IMG/VR virus record: IMGVR_UViG_3300045988_146982
Coordinates: 1 to 64,000 of that record
Reading direction: 5' to 3' (one strand)
DNA length: 64,000 nucleotides
Origin: a virus
In this document: positions 45,985 through 55,650 of the stretch, in pieces
How the letters are laid out: every line of letters starts with the position of its first letter
Numbering within the stretch: position 1 is the first letter of the stretch
Program-made: the position numbers and the translations under genes
The notes under the pieces: model-generated
What the model was told of the DNA's origin: nothing
The model's database searches: none
Seen by the model: the letters and a program-made list of their open reading frames with translations, nothing else

Positions 45985-46055
45985 CCGATTAGGAATGACT
46001 CCCCGAAAATAGTTACTTTATATAGTTTGCTCATGGATTTTTCTTTTCAAGTATT

Positions 46056-46277
46056 TCAACACATTTTTTTTATCCCATAATCGAAACCCTGTTTATAGCC
46101 TTTAGCATATTCTCCGATGGTATATACCGCCATTGACAGAAAAAATAGAAGGATACCTACAGGCTTATACCAACCGAGAAGCGAGATGGAAAACGGTTTA
46201 AATGTAATTATTAGATCTCCAACCCATAATAGGGCGATAATACATATGATTGTAAATATAATTATTTTCATAATCAA
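46056..46277 (-). CDS. small two-TM membrane protein
   Basis: Two hydrophobic segments; ATGA-coupled to the upstream gene. Confidence 0.55.
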   Translation of the reverse strand: MIMKIIIFTIICIIALLWVGDLIITFKPFSISLLGWYKPVGILLFFLSMAVYTIGEYAKGYKQGFDYGIKKMC

Positions 46278-46861
46278 TATCTTTTTCCGTTCAACTTAGG
46301 TCTTAGTTCATTGTATCTCATCTTCTGCTCCACATGCCATATAAGGTCTATGTTCATATGCTTGGCAAGCCCGAAGATAGCCAATATCATACTATTTAAT
46401 TGATTTTCTAATAGACTGTCATATTCATACTCACACCTGATGGGAATTGTGGATATAGCGTATATACTCTCTGTAAAGGTTTCATCAGTGCAACTTCCCT
46501 CTGCATCGTACAACATATCTTCCGTAAAGTCCTCAATGTCTATCTTACGCAATCCGCACAAATCAAGCAAGCGAATAACGGCATCGCTTAGTTCGTCTGG
46601 AAGTGTATCTTTGATATATTTTTCAAAACAACATTTGAAATTGGCATCATCGTGCGGTTCTTCATTCTCATAAGAAGATTTAAAAGATTCTCTGTCGGCA
46701 CGTTTCCCTTTCCTATCTGCTTCCACAGCTTCCATAAGCTCGGAAATGACAAGGCAAAGGCAGTGTTCGTTACTCAGTTCTTTATCATGTAAACCGTGAT
46801 CACAAGCTGTCTTATAAGCACGGTCCCGCCATTTATTCAAATTAATATTATCCATAATCAT
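46274..46861 (-). CDS. MazG-like nucleotide pyrophosphohydrolase (tentative)
   Basis: LCLVISELMEAVEADRKGK resembles the MazG/all-alpha NTP-PPase E-x-x-E region. Confidence 0.35.
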   Translation of the reverse strand: MIMDNINLNKWRDRAYKTACDHGLHDKELSNEHCLCLVISELMEAVEADRKGKRADRESFKSSYENEEPHDDANFKCCFEKYIKDTLPDELSDAVIRLLDLCGLRKIDIEDFTEDMLYDAEGSCTDETFTESIYAISTIPIRCEYEYDSLLENQLNSMILAIFGLAKHMNIDLIWHVEQKMRYNELRPKLNGKRY

Positions 46862-47226
46862 ATCAGTTTTAATGCTTCCTGTAATCCTGCTTCAAGTGCT
46901 TCCTCGTAGGTATCCCATCCCCCTCCGTCGTTTGTTCCTTTATAAGTAGAACTGGCTATATGAGTTCCATTGTCAGCTTTAGATATTTCGTATCCATAGC
47001 CACAAGCACAGTTATATACACATATATGAATGTTTTTGATTTCACGTAGCCACTTCTGGACGATGGATTGCATTGGACGAGAATAGTATGCTTTAGGTAA
47101 ATTACTAGTTCGGATTATGATTTCCATTGTCAAGCCTTTATCGTTAATGATATATTTGCAATACTCATTAAAGCCTTTCTCTTTCAGCAGCTTCGCAGTC
47201 TCTAGTGTTACAAGTTCTTCGGTCAT
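46858..47226 (-). CDS. hypothetical protein
   Basis: 122-aa ORF, coupled. Confidence 0.55.
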   Translation of the reverse strand: MTEELVTLETAKLLKEKGFNEYCKYIINDKGLTMEIIIRTSNLPKAYYSRPMQSIVQKWLREIKNIHICVYNCACGYGYEISKADNGTHIASSTYKGTNDGGGWDTYEEALEAGLQEALKLI

Positions 47227-47228
47227 AG

Positions 47229-47444
47229 TTATTCCTCCTTCTCTATTTTTACTTTTCCGCGGTTAACAAAGCCATCACAGTTCATCAAAGCACAAAGACA
47301 GATGGCATATTCTTCCTTCTCCGACTTACTGCAAATGCGCAACAGTGAGCATTGGTTGCATGGGACATTTTCACTCACCATCTCATGCAACACTCCGTCT
47401 ATTATTATTCCGTTCTTTATGTCCATAATTAATCTCCTTTCCAC
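47229..47444 (-). CDS. small Cys-rich protein
   Basis: 71 aa with CNQC...C...CLC..NC pattern. Confidence 0.5.
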   Translation of the reverse strand: MERRLIMDIKNGIIIDGVLHEMVSENVPCNQCSLLRICSKSEKEEYAICLCALMNCDGFVNRGKVKIEKEE

Positions 47445-47640
47445 CTACCCTAGCAGCATATACATTGCTACTAGGCATAGGTAATAAATTGTTGTTTTAC
47501 TCATTTCTAATTTATTTTTGAATTAAAAGGCACGCCTCCGAAGAAATCCAAACTGTCACATTTAAAACTTTATCATAGGAAATGAAGAACGTACCCAGAT
47601 TATTACTATTTTTGCTTCGCCACATTTAAAACTTATTATT

Positions 47641-48396
47641 ATGAAAATTAGCGAAATCATTAGTGCTATGTCTACTGCTATTATTCCGATAGTAGCAAAA
47701 GGCACACCAGAAAGCATGATTTTTGCAGCTGGGGTGCAACCATTATTATCGACAGCTATTGATTCTATTCTTCTTGACATATTCCAAAAAGGTGTCACAA
47801 AGAAAGAAACAATAAGGTTAGGTATATCTTACATGTCAGCTGTAAATCAAGTTAATGAAAATATGAAGAATAACATTCCATTTAGGCAAGATGATATGTT
47901 TGTCTCTTCTAATATGAATTATTCAGATGCTAGCGATGTGATAGAAGCTACCATAAATAGTATCATGCTTGATTCGGAACATAAAAAATCTGAATTTTAT
48001 GGTTATTTTATTGCTAATTTAGGATTCTCTCCAGAAGTAGATTACACAAATGCTCTTTATATGCAAAATATTATTAAGCAACTATCTTTCAATCAACTAT
48101 GTATTATTAGGTACTTTCAAAGTTGCGCTATTTTAGATTTGTCTAACTGTACCAAATACATTGAGAATTCAGGAGATATAAAATCAATGGAAATATATTT
48201 TGGAATTAAAGAGCTCATTCGTCTTAATCTACTCAAAAGGCATCCTCCTTATACCCTAGGAGTTGACATGCAGAACCATTCATTAAATGTTAACGGACAA
48301 TTAATTTGTAAGATGTTGAGTTTGCATAAAATTGATATTGATAGCATAAACGCAGTTGATAATATTTTCAAAAAAATGGGTGTAAAAAAACTTTAG
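47641..48396 (+). CDS. Abi-alpha/DUF4393-like abortive-infection candidate
   Basis: AT-rich opposite-strand gene; SIMLDSEHKKSEFYGYFIANL...IIKQLSFNQLCIIRYF resembles the Abi_alpha core as I recall it. Confidence 0.45.
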   Translation: MKISEIISAMSTAIIPIVAKGTPESMIFAAGVQPLLSTAIDSILLDIFQKGVTKKETIRLGISYMSAVNQVNENMKNNIPFRQDDMFVSSNMNYSDASDVIEATINSIMLDSEHKKSEFYGYFIANLGFSPEVDYTNALYMQNIIKQLSFNQLCIIRYFQSCAILDLSNCTKYIENSGDIKSMEIYFGIKELIRLNLLKRHPPYTLGVDMQNHSLNVNGQLICKMLSLHKIDIDSINAVDNIFKKMGVKKL

Positions 48397-48506
48397 ATTA
48401 TATCCAAATATTCTAGGATACTATTTTCTGTGCAGGAGAATACAGTCCCATCCGGTGGACTAACAATATATTCTTCTGGATAAACTTTATCTTCATTTCA
48501 GTTCCG

Positions 48507-49001
48507 TTATACGTTAATTGGTAGTTTCATAAAACACATCCATATTGTTTTGCTCTGCCTTCCGGTAGTATGCCCAAATAAAGGTTTGAACGGGATAACA
48601 GACAAAACTTCCGCAGCTTTTATCTCACTCTCGTTCCATTTGAATACAAGCGTGCCGTTAGGCTTCAAGACGCGCATACACTCAGTAAATCCATCGTGTA
48701 TGAGTGACTGCCAGTCTTTCGGTAGTTTCCCGTACTTCTTAGCCATCCATGAGGTTTCACCAAGTGTTTTCAGATGAGGTGGGTCAAATACTACCATGTA
48801 AAAAGAATTGTCCTCAAACGGCAAGTTGGTAAAATCGGCTATTATATCCGGTTTTATCTCTATGGTTCTGATTTTACCCCTGTCATTGGCTGTTACTATC
48901 TCCGATCTCTTATCAACGAATAAGGCAAGAGGATTATGTTTGTTAAACCAAAACATTCTACTGCCACAGCAGGCATCTAATATAAGTTTTCCATTTTCCA
49001 T
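48507..49001 (-). CDS. amino-group DNA methyltransferase (N6-A or N4-C), orphan
   Basis: SAM motif LILDACCGSR and catalytic FDPPH. Confidence 0.7.
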   Translation of the reverse strand: MENGKLILDACCGSRMFWFNKHNPLALFVDKRSEIVTANDRGKIRTIEIKPDIIADFTNLPFEDNSFYMVVFDPPHLKTLGETSWMAKKYGKLPKDWQSLIHDGFTECMRVLKPNGTLVFKWNESEIKAAEVLSVIPFKPLFGHTTGRQSKTIWMCFMKLPINV

Positions 49002-50734
49002 TAAGCTATTTCTTTTGATTTCTTCAATCTCAACTTTCTCAATACTTTACAAAGTGCTTCAGTATTTTTTCTAGCTTGTGTAACCTCCACCGCATTCCCG
49101 ATAAATTTCTTTTGGTCAGCTTGTGTGCCTATTAAAACATAATCTTCAGGGAATCCCATAATCTTTTTGAGTTCCGGAATGCGAAGCATCCGCATTTTAA
49201 TATCCACTATGCCATACAGTGCCATGAACTCCTTTATCTTCACGATCATAGGACTATCATTGTCGTAGATTTCAATCGCTAGCCGTCCGCTTTCTGTTGC
49301 TACCAGATAGGGCGGCATCTTATCCATTCGTGCTATCAGGGTGAAGCAGGGGTTATCAACGGAGCTGCCAGCGCTGTTGAACTGTGGATTCATCAGATAA
49401 TGCCATTTCCGGTTTGCGGTTATTGTCTGTGCCGGTTCCTCTATGTTGCTACCAATATTTGAGAAAGAAGTATTCATAATCCAAGGCTTGCATGTTATAA
49501 GTTTTTGCTTGGGATTGGTTAAAATTGCCGGACAAATATTGTCAATACTTGTATGTTGTCCTCCACCGGAATACTCATTGGCGATAAACCTTGGAGTTAC
49601 TAATGATAATTTGTCTTTTGTTGTAACTGTCGCAGACGGCTCGTTTACCGAATGATTATGTCCATTTCCATAATAAGCAGAGACAAAAACATGGTGGTCT
49701 TTGCAGGTGATTGCACCTGCCGGTTCTTCTACGGACACATTCTTGCTTTCGGGATGTCCGCTGAACTGTTTGGAGAGAAAACTTACCTGTACCTTTGCAA
49801 AGCGGTTTTCAGTAGTCAACACTCCGCATGGTTCATCAACTGATTTGCATGTGTCTTGAGGGCGAACCGTATTGTAACGGGAAAGGAAAGCATCCTTTCC
49901 TCCGGCTACAAACTTGATAAGTCCAGCATAGATACGTTCAAGCGTTTTCTCTGCAAGAGGCTTTTCCCTGAAGATGGTAGTTCCTTCATCAGAGAAATCA
50001 AGCACATCCTTTACCGGCTTCCACTTCTCCAGCCGCGAAAACATATCTTGCCTACCACCCTTACAGTGGGTCGGTTCAGGGAATACTATCGGCAAACTCT
50101 TTTTAGCAAAGATGCCGAAGAAGCGTTTTCTTGTGGTATAGGCGCCGAAGTCGGCAGCATTCAGGATACGGTGTTCAAAGTTGTAACCATATTTTTTCAC
50201 GTTGCGTACCCACTTCTGATAAAGTCTTCCTTTATCCATGCTGATAGGTTTCCCATTCTCATCCATATCTCCCCATGACATAAACTCTTCTACATTTTCA
50301 ATCTGAATGTAATCAGGGTCTATAACATCAATATAACGGAAGAGATGTTCTGCCAACGTTCGGCTGTCGGCATCTCTCGGCTGACCGCCTTTGGCTTTCG
50401 AGAAGTTAGTACACTCCAAAGAGGCATGAAGCATTATCATGGCATCAGAGTATAGCTGGCGGATACGTTCTACAATAGTGCTTATCGGGGAAAGTTCCAG
50501 TGTACGGATATCCTCAATAAAGTGAAGTGCATCTGGGATATTGGCATCATGTGAAAGGATGGCATTCTTGTCATGGTTCACACAACAAACAACCTTTGCA
50601 CATTTATTTCCATCCAATCGTGCTTCTTCCACACCTTCGGATAAGCCACCGGCGCCACAAAAGAGATCAATAACAAATAGTTCTATATCGGACAGACCTT
50701 CAATGGATTTTAAGATATCTTTCTGCGATTTCAT
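49001..50734 (-). CDS. DNA cytosine-5 methyltransferase, orphan
   Basis: Motif I VIDLFCGAGGLSEG, motif VI IQIENVEEF, motif X FIGNAVEV; catalytic Cys context SLECTNFS is atypical. Confidence 0.8.
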   Translation of the reverse strand: MKSQKDILKSIEGLSDIELFVIDLFCGAGGLSEGVEEARLDGNKCAKVVCCVNHDKNAILSHDANIPDALHFIEDIRTLELSPISTIVERIRQLYSDAMIMLHASLECTNFSKAKGGQPRDADSRTLAEHLFRYIDVIDPDYIQIENVEEFMSWGDMDENGKPISMDKGRLYQKWVRNVKKYGYNFEHRILNAADFGAYTTRKRFFGIFAKKSLPIVFPEPTHCKGGRQDMFSRLEKWKPVKDVLDFSDEGTTIFREKPLAEKTLERIYAGLIKFVAGGKDAFLSRYNTVRPQDTCKSVDEPCGVLTTENRFAKVQVSFLSKQFSGHPESKNVSVEEPAGAITCKDHHVFVSAYYGNGHNHSVNEPSATVTTKDKLSLVTPRFIANEYSGGGQHTSIDNICPAILTNPKQKLITCKPWIMNTSFSNIGSNIEEPAQTITANRKWHYLMNPQFNSAGSSVDNPCFTLIARMDKMPPYLVATESGRLAIEIYDNDSPMIVKIKEFMALYGIVDIKMRMLRIPELKKIMGFPEDYVLIGTQADQKKFIGNAVEVTQARKNTEALCKVLRKLRLKKSKEIA

Positions 50735-51123
50735 AACTTCTCCTTTTTAAACAGGTGGCTGAACGCATTATCCAAATCCAAGTCTAGATTCAGTTTGGAC
50801 GGGAAAGATTTAATGTATTCGTACATCTTATAAGCGAGGTTGTCATCATCACCGCATCTGTCAATCAGTGTGAGCAACATGGCGTTCACCATGTCAGAAT
50901 CATTGCCGAAGTTTTCCTGAGTGGATTCGCTGCAATGATTCACATCACTTTTCAATCTCTTTATCGCGGCTATGGCTGTGTTGAAGTTTCTTTTTGAATC
51001 GTGTCTGAGTTCAAAGCCTTCCTTCTTGTATTGCTGCTGCATTTCTAGAAGGTTGGTTTCTAAAACGTCCGTGAGGACAAATACGATATTGGTTACCGTA
51101 TTAAGTTTGTCTGTTCCTTGCAT
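50731..51123 (-). CDS. hypothetical protein
   Basis: 130-aa ORF, 4-nt overlap with the methyltransferase gene. Confidence 0.55.
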   Translation of the reverse strand: MQGTDKLNTVTNIVFVLTDVLETNLLEMQQQYKKEGFELRHDSKRNFNTAIAAIKRLKSDVNHCSESTQENFGNDSDMVNAMLLTLIDRCGDDDNLAYKMYEYIKSFPSKLNLDLDLDNAFSHLFKKEKL

Positions 51124-51314
51124 GATCGTGTATTTTTATTTCTAATTTGAATGAATCCCCTTCGTTCTGTTTCTTCTAACAGTGGAAAGTCTTCATTCTT
51201 GATTTCACATTCTGTTTCGTAGTTCACGGAAGTATAACTTGGGATATTGAACTTTTTCCGGATTCTTACGATAACATCCGGATTTCTTGTTACCCAGTAA
51301 ACGGTTATTCTCAT
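51093..51314 (-). CDS. hypothetical protein
   Basis: 73-aa ORF. Confidence 0.45.
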   Translation of the reverse strand: MRITVYWVTRNPDVIVRIRKKFNIPSYTSVNYETECEIKNEDFPLLEETERRGFIQIRNKNTRSCKEQTNLIR

Positions 51315-52126
51315 GGTGATATCAGCATTTTTCTAGCTTCCTCATCTCCTGCATCAGCACGGTGCTTGATTTCAATGTACTCAGCATAAGAGATTCTGTT
51401 ATTTCCACGCTCCTCTATCTCTTTTTCACGTTGGTTTCTGTATCGTTCACGCTCTTTCCGTTCAATATCTTTCCGACGTTCAGAAACGTAGTCCAGCATC
51501 GCACTTGTTATTTTCAATGGATCTATTGAACCGTAGAACCGCCCATACTTCCCTGACTTAAACCGTGCTATGAAAAAACAGATTTCAGCGGCATTTATAT
51601 AATAATACTCCGAAAGGAATATCTCCGATAGTTCAGAAAGTTGCTCTTTCGCTATCTTGGTTGAAACTTCTGCAAAGTCATTCAATGAGCCAAATTGTAT
51701 CTTTAGCCATTCTATCGGTGTTTCATCCCCATAAGTAGAAGACAATAGCCCTAAACTCGGAATGCTGTCATTCAACGCCAGTTCTGAATGGGTTGCATTA
51801 CATCTGACAAGTTTGAACTGCAAATCAGGGTTGTAATCAAAAATGAATTGTGCAGGATCGGGATATTTATTCAATAACGCCCTCTGCTTCAAGTTCCTTT
51901 CTCTTTTTTGCGGCAGCTTCTCTAACGGTTGTAGCGACTGCAAGAACTGAATCACGTTTTCGCTGCTCGCTATCCTGTTGATTTTTACTAAGTCTTGTCC
52001 CATTATAGTTTCCTTCCAATATTTTAGTAAAGTTTGCTTGTTTGAAAATCCAATCAAAGTCGCATTTCCAATTGCGGTCATTAGCTCCAAGTAGGAACGG
52101 GGATTGAAGAATGAGATTGAAAACAC
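51311..52126 (-). CDS. hypothetical replication-module protein (true start unresolved)
   Basis: 271-aa ORF whose first ~87 codons overlap the upstream gene in another frame. Confidence 0.5.
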   Translation of the reverse strand: MFSISFFNPRSYLELMTAIGNATLIGFSNKQTLLKYWKETIMGQDLVKINRIASSENVIQFLQSLQPLEKLPQKRERNLKQRALLNKYPDPAQFIFDYNPDLQFKLVRCNATHSELALNDSIPSLGLLSSTYGDETPIEWLKIQFGSLNDFAEVSTKIAKEQLSELSEIFLSEYYYINAAEICFFIARFKSGKYGRFYGSIDPLKITSAMLDYVSERRKDIERKERERYRNQREKEIEERGNNRISYAEYIEIKHRADAGDEEARKMLISP

Positions 52127-52868
52127 TCCTCACTGACTCTTTCCCATATTGGGCTATCCTGGCTTTTACAGCCTTTTTTCTCACATCAGTCATTGATCTT
52201 ATCTGCTGGAGTCTGTCTTTGAATGTGGTATTATAGTATTCCATCAATCCGCTGTAATCAATCTTTTCAGAGGGGGAGGGCGAAGAAAGCTTGTCTTTCT
52301 TTGATACTCCGTCAGGAGTATTTTCTTTCTTTTGATGTAGAGATATATCTATATACTCTCTTTCTTCTTTCTTTGTATTTGTGCCCTCTGTGTGCCCTGA
52401 TTTTTGTAAAAGTTCAGATTGCGGTAGATTGTTGTTCATGGACTGTGCCCCAAGTTGTGCCCATTCGTGTCTTAATTCATTGATTTCCTTTTCAATACCT
52501 GTGCCCTTACCTGTGCCCTTGGTTGTGCCCATTGGATTATATTCTTCATATTTACATAAGGTTATAAGGTTCATTCCTTGATTGCACTCAACAGTTATCA
52601 TACCTTTCTTTCTAAGATGCACAAGAAAGGAACGCACCTTCTTTTCAGACCATTTCCAACGCTGTGACAGAAATCTTATGGATGCAGGATATTGACCTCT
52701 TGAATAAGAGATTTCTCGACCTCCGATACTCTCCTTTCGGGGCGTTGCCTCAAATCGTGCAGACTGAATTAAGTCTAACCACGCTTCGCAACTGCTAAAA
52801 GTACGGGCTTCATTCCACATTTCATTCGAGAAAAACCTGCGGCTTAGCCTCAAAAATCCTTCGTCCAT
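51867..52868 (-). CDS. replication initiator/organizer (winged-helix N-terminus, Phg_2220_C-like C-terminus)
   Basis: C-terminal WKCDFDWIFKQANFTKILEGNY resembles the conserved phage C-terminus of DnaD-like proteins. Confidence 0.55.
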   Translation of the reverse strand: MDEGFLRLSRRFFSNEMWNEARTFSSCEAWLDLIQSARFEATPRKESIGGREISYSRGQYPASIRFLSQRWKWSEKKVRSFLVHLRKKGMITVECNQGMNLITLCKYEEYNPMGTTKGTGKGTGIEKEINELRHEWAQLGAQSMNNNLPQSELLQKSGHTEGTNTKKEEREYIDISLHQKKENTPDGVSKKDKLSSPSPSEKIDYSGLMEYYNTTFKDRLQQIRSMTDVRKKAVKARIAQYGKESVRSVFNLILQSPFLLGANDRNWKCDFDWIFKQANFTKILEGNYNGTRLSKNQQDSEQRKRDSVLAVATTVREAAAKKRKELEAEGVIE

Positions 52869-52872
52869 AGTC

Positions 52873-54045
52873 TTAGAATCTCACGTTAGTTAATTGCCTT
52901 CCGTTAGAAAATACAGCCCACTTACCATTACCGCTATCAAACAATCGTAAATCCGACACCTCTCCGAAACGTTTGATGTTACCGCATAAATCCACAATCC
53001 ATCCACATTCTTTAGAAGGATGCGGGCGGATGGCACGACCGACTATCTGATACCACATGGCAAGTGACATTGTAGGACGTGCCATAACGACCGTATCAAG
53101 TTCCGGATAGTCAAAGCCAGTCGTAAGTACACCCACATTAGCTACTACCGGAATTTCACCAGCTTTGAACGCCTCAAGAATATGTTCACGTTCTTTCTTA
53201 GGAGTATCACCTGAAACGATAGCGCAACCGGGTATTGACATCGTTAACCGTTCCGCTTCTTTCAAAAAACGGGTAAAGACCAAAATACCCTTCCGTTTTC
53301 CTCCGGCTTTGGGATTCATCAGTCTTTGGACGATATGAACGAGATAACTGTAAAAGTCTATCCGCTCATATTCTCTTTGGACTGACTTGTCTGTGTAATC
53401 AGCGCCAGTGGTATTTACTTTTAAGTTAAGTTCATTCCACCCTGAAGGATTCATTGAATAGTAATCCAGCTTCGCCAAGTAGCCCATATCTAATAGGGTT
53501 GACACCTGTACATGATAAATGACCTCTGAAAAGACATGAGGTTTTGTCCGAGTGATGAATTTCAGCATAGAACCAAAGTCACGGCTGGAACTTAAACGAT
53601 ACGGTGTAGCTGTCAGTCCAAGAACCTTACACTTCACCGCATCAAAAAAATCTTTGTACATACCCTCTTTAGGGTTAACAAGGTGGCATTCGTCCACGAT
53701 GATGTTCTTGAAGTGGGTGAACAGTTCGGGATGATTCTTCACACTGCCGATGGTGGCGAATGTTATCCGGCTTATTTCTTTAGAGTTAAAGGATGCAGAA
53801 TAGATGCTGCAATCAAGAATACCGTATGAACAGAGTTTCTTGAAATTCTGTTCGAGTATTTCCTTCGAGGGCTGGAACACCAAGGTATGACCGTCAAGCC
53901 TTGCGGCTATATCCGCTATGATAAGCGACTTTCCGCTGCCCGTAGGTAACACCATAATGGCATTTGTTTTCTTCGCCTTGTTATTGAAGAAAGAAACGGC
54001 AGCATCAGAGGCTTTCTGTTGGTAATCTCGTAATACATAACTCAT
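52873..54045 (-). CDS. SF2 DEAD/DEAH-box helicase
   Basis: Walker A VLPTGSGKS and DECH box IIVDECHLV. Confidence 0.8.
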   Translation of the reverse strand: MSYVLRDYQQKASDAAVSFFNNKAKKTNAIMVLPTGSGKSLIIADIAARLDGHTLVFQPSKEILEQNFKKLCSYGILDCSIYSASFNSKEISRITFATIGSVKNHPELFTHFKNIIVDECHLVNPKEGMYKDFFDAVKCKVLGLTATPYRLSSSRDFGSMLKFITRTKPHVFSEVIYHVQVSTLLDMGYLAKLDYYSMNPSGWNELNLKVNTTGADYTDKSVQREYERIDFYSYLVHIVQRLMNPKAGGKRKGILVFTRFLKEAERLTMSIPGCAIVSGDTPKKEREHILEAFKAGEIPVVANVGVLTTGFDYPELDTVVMARPTMSLAMWYQIVGRAIRPHPSKECGWIVDLCGNIKRFGEVSDLRLFDSGNGKWAVFSNGRQLTNVRF

Positions 54046-54521
54046 AGCCCTTTCTCCTTTCGTAACTTCTTATTAAGTGCTTTGTAATACTTGATTAGCT
54101 GTTCGTACTCAAAATCAGTCATTTTGGAAGTGCTGGCAACTTTGACTTTCAGCAAATCAAACTTCTGTTGACCGATTTTACCAATTAGATTCACCCGATA
54201 GCCTTCCAAATGGTCGGCTTTGAACCTGTTGCAGTGCCGGCATTCGGCATGGCAATTATTCTCATCAAACCGTGTTGCCAAATGTGTACGACTGAAATAG
54301 TGCCCGCAGTCTGCTTGTGTAAACGGCTTTATCTGCCCGCACGAGATACATCTAAAATACCCGTTTGGCATTGCATCACGAAGCCGGATAAAAAGGGAAA
54401 ACTCCTTGTCGAGCTTAGCTTTCAAATCCGGCTTCTTCTTTACTGTTACCCCTGCTTTATCAAACAGAGGTAAAGGCTTGTTTTTCTTCTTAGCCTTTGT
54501 TCGTTTTATGTAGTACGGCAT
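54042..54521 (-). CDS. ninG: NinG-like recombination protein
   Basis: FSLFIRLRDA...CISCG...CGHYFSR...NCHAECRHCN matches the lambda NinG family pattern. Confidence 0.75.
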   Translation of the reverse strand: MPYYIKRTKAKKKNKPLPLFDKAGVTVKKKPDLKAKLDKEFSLFIRLRDAMPNGYFRCISCGQIKPFTQADCGHYFSRTHLATRFDENNCHAECRHCNRFKADHLEGYRVNLIGKIGQQKFDLLKVKVASTSKMTDFEYEQLIKYYKALNKKLRKEKGL

Positions 54522-54524
54522 TGT

Positions 54525-54935
54525 CTATTTGTCCAATTGTTCCATCAAGTACCTTGTCTCTTGAACGACGGCTTGTTTATCCCAGTCATATTCATTGTCT
54601 CCATAATGGAATGTGTCAAACCCGAATATCCACCAGTCATCACCAACTTCTGTATTGTCGGTGATAAATTCTACATCGTCCAATATAGGATTCCTTTTAC
54701 CGACATACTTGGGATTATATTTTCTTTTGCTTCCAAAAGATTCTTCACCGTTTATTGCTGGTTCAGAAAATGTGATGCCCCCATGTACGTCTATATCCTC
54801 AATATCAAAATAAGACATCCCATGATATTTGTTCACAGGGGGAACAGCCACATATCCGTTATGCGTTCCATACTCTACCATAGTGGACTTAAACCATTTG
54901 TTTGATTTTATAAATGCTACTGCTTTATTTTCCAT
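54525..54935 (-). CDS. hypothetical protein
   Basis: 136-aa ORF (VHGGITF...WWIFGFDTFHYGD motif, function unknown). Confidence 0.55.
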   Translation of the reverse strand: MENKAVAFIKSNKWFKSTMVEYGTHNGYVAVPPVNKYHGMSYFDIEDIDVHGGITFSEPAINGEESFGSKRKYNPKYVGKRNPILDDVEFITDNTEVGDDWWIFGFDTFHYGDNEYDWDKQAVVQETRYLMEQLDK

Positions 54936-54941
54936 AGTTTT

Positions 54942-55397
54942 TTATTTAAATCCCCATTCTTTCATGTAGTCAATGCTTTCAGGAAATCCCTCTACTGATT
55001 TAGGACTAAGGAATATTTTCTCACTCTTCAATGAAGTACCTCCCCAAACAGTAGCAGGGCATTCTTCATATTCTTCTTTAGAAACTTCACTTACATTAAA
55101 ATGGGGTTGGAAGCCATATCCCATTACGCTTTCCCCTAAGTAAGTACCAAACTTCTTTAAAGCCCATTGAAATGCAATATCTTTATATAGGCAATGTTTA
55201 GAAAACACAGCCACATATATTTTATGAGAGAAATTTCCTGTTTCTGTTAAGTCAGGATTACATCTGATACAGAAATACTTAATACGTGAAAGTATTTCTT
55301 CAACAAACCTTTCATACTTCTCACAATCTTCTTTTGTCAAGAACTCTTTTCCATCATTTGCGATGTAAACAGTCTTAGTAATTTCTTTTGTTTCCAT
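54942..55397 (-). CDS. hypothetical protein
   Basis: 151-aa ORF. Confidence 0.55.
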   Translation of the reverse strand: METKEITKTVYIANDGKEFLTKEDCEKYERFVEEILSRIKYFCIRCNPDLTETGNFSHKIYVAVFSKHCLYKDIAFQWALKKFGTYLGESVMGYGFQPHFNVSEVSKEEYEECPATVWGGTSLKSEKIFLSPKSVEGFPESIDYMKEWGFK

Positions 55398-55484
55398 GTT
55401 TTTTTATTAAAGCCCCGAAGCGTATTCTCCGGGGCACAACCATTATTACTAACCCGTGCCATTTATGTGTGGCTCACATTTATG

Positions 55485-55602
55485 TGGTGGTAGCAAGATT
55501 CGAACCTGCATGATAGGTGTTTTGATTGAAAATCCATATCCTCCCATTTACGAACCTATCTCGAAAGTCTACATAGCGTCTACACCCTTCCGCCATACCA
55601 CC
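55485..55602 (-). ncRNA. 118-nt tRNA-like gene (Leu-like D arm, canonical T arm, oversized central region)
   Basis: GGTGGTA-TG-GCGGAAGGGTGTAGACGC...GCAGG-TTCGAAT-CTTGC-TACCACC-A; perfect 7-bp acceptor, ~66 nt between the D and T arms. Confidence 0.5.
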
Positions 55603-55650
55603 ATGTTCGCCCGCCCTATCTTCACAGACCGAGCAGGCAGATTGACAAAG

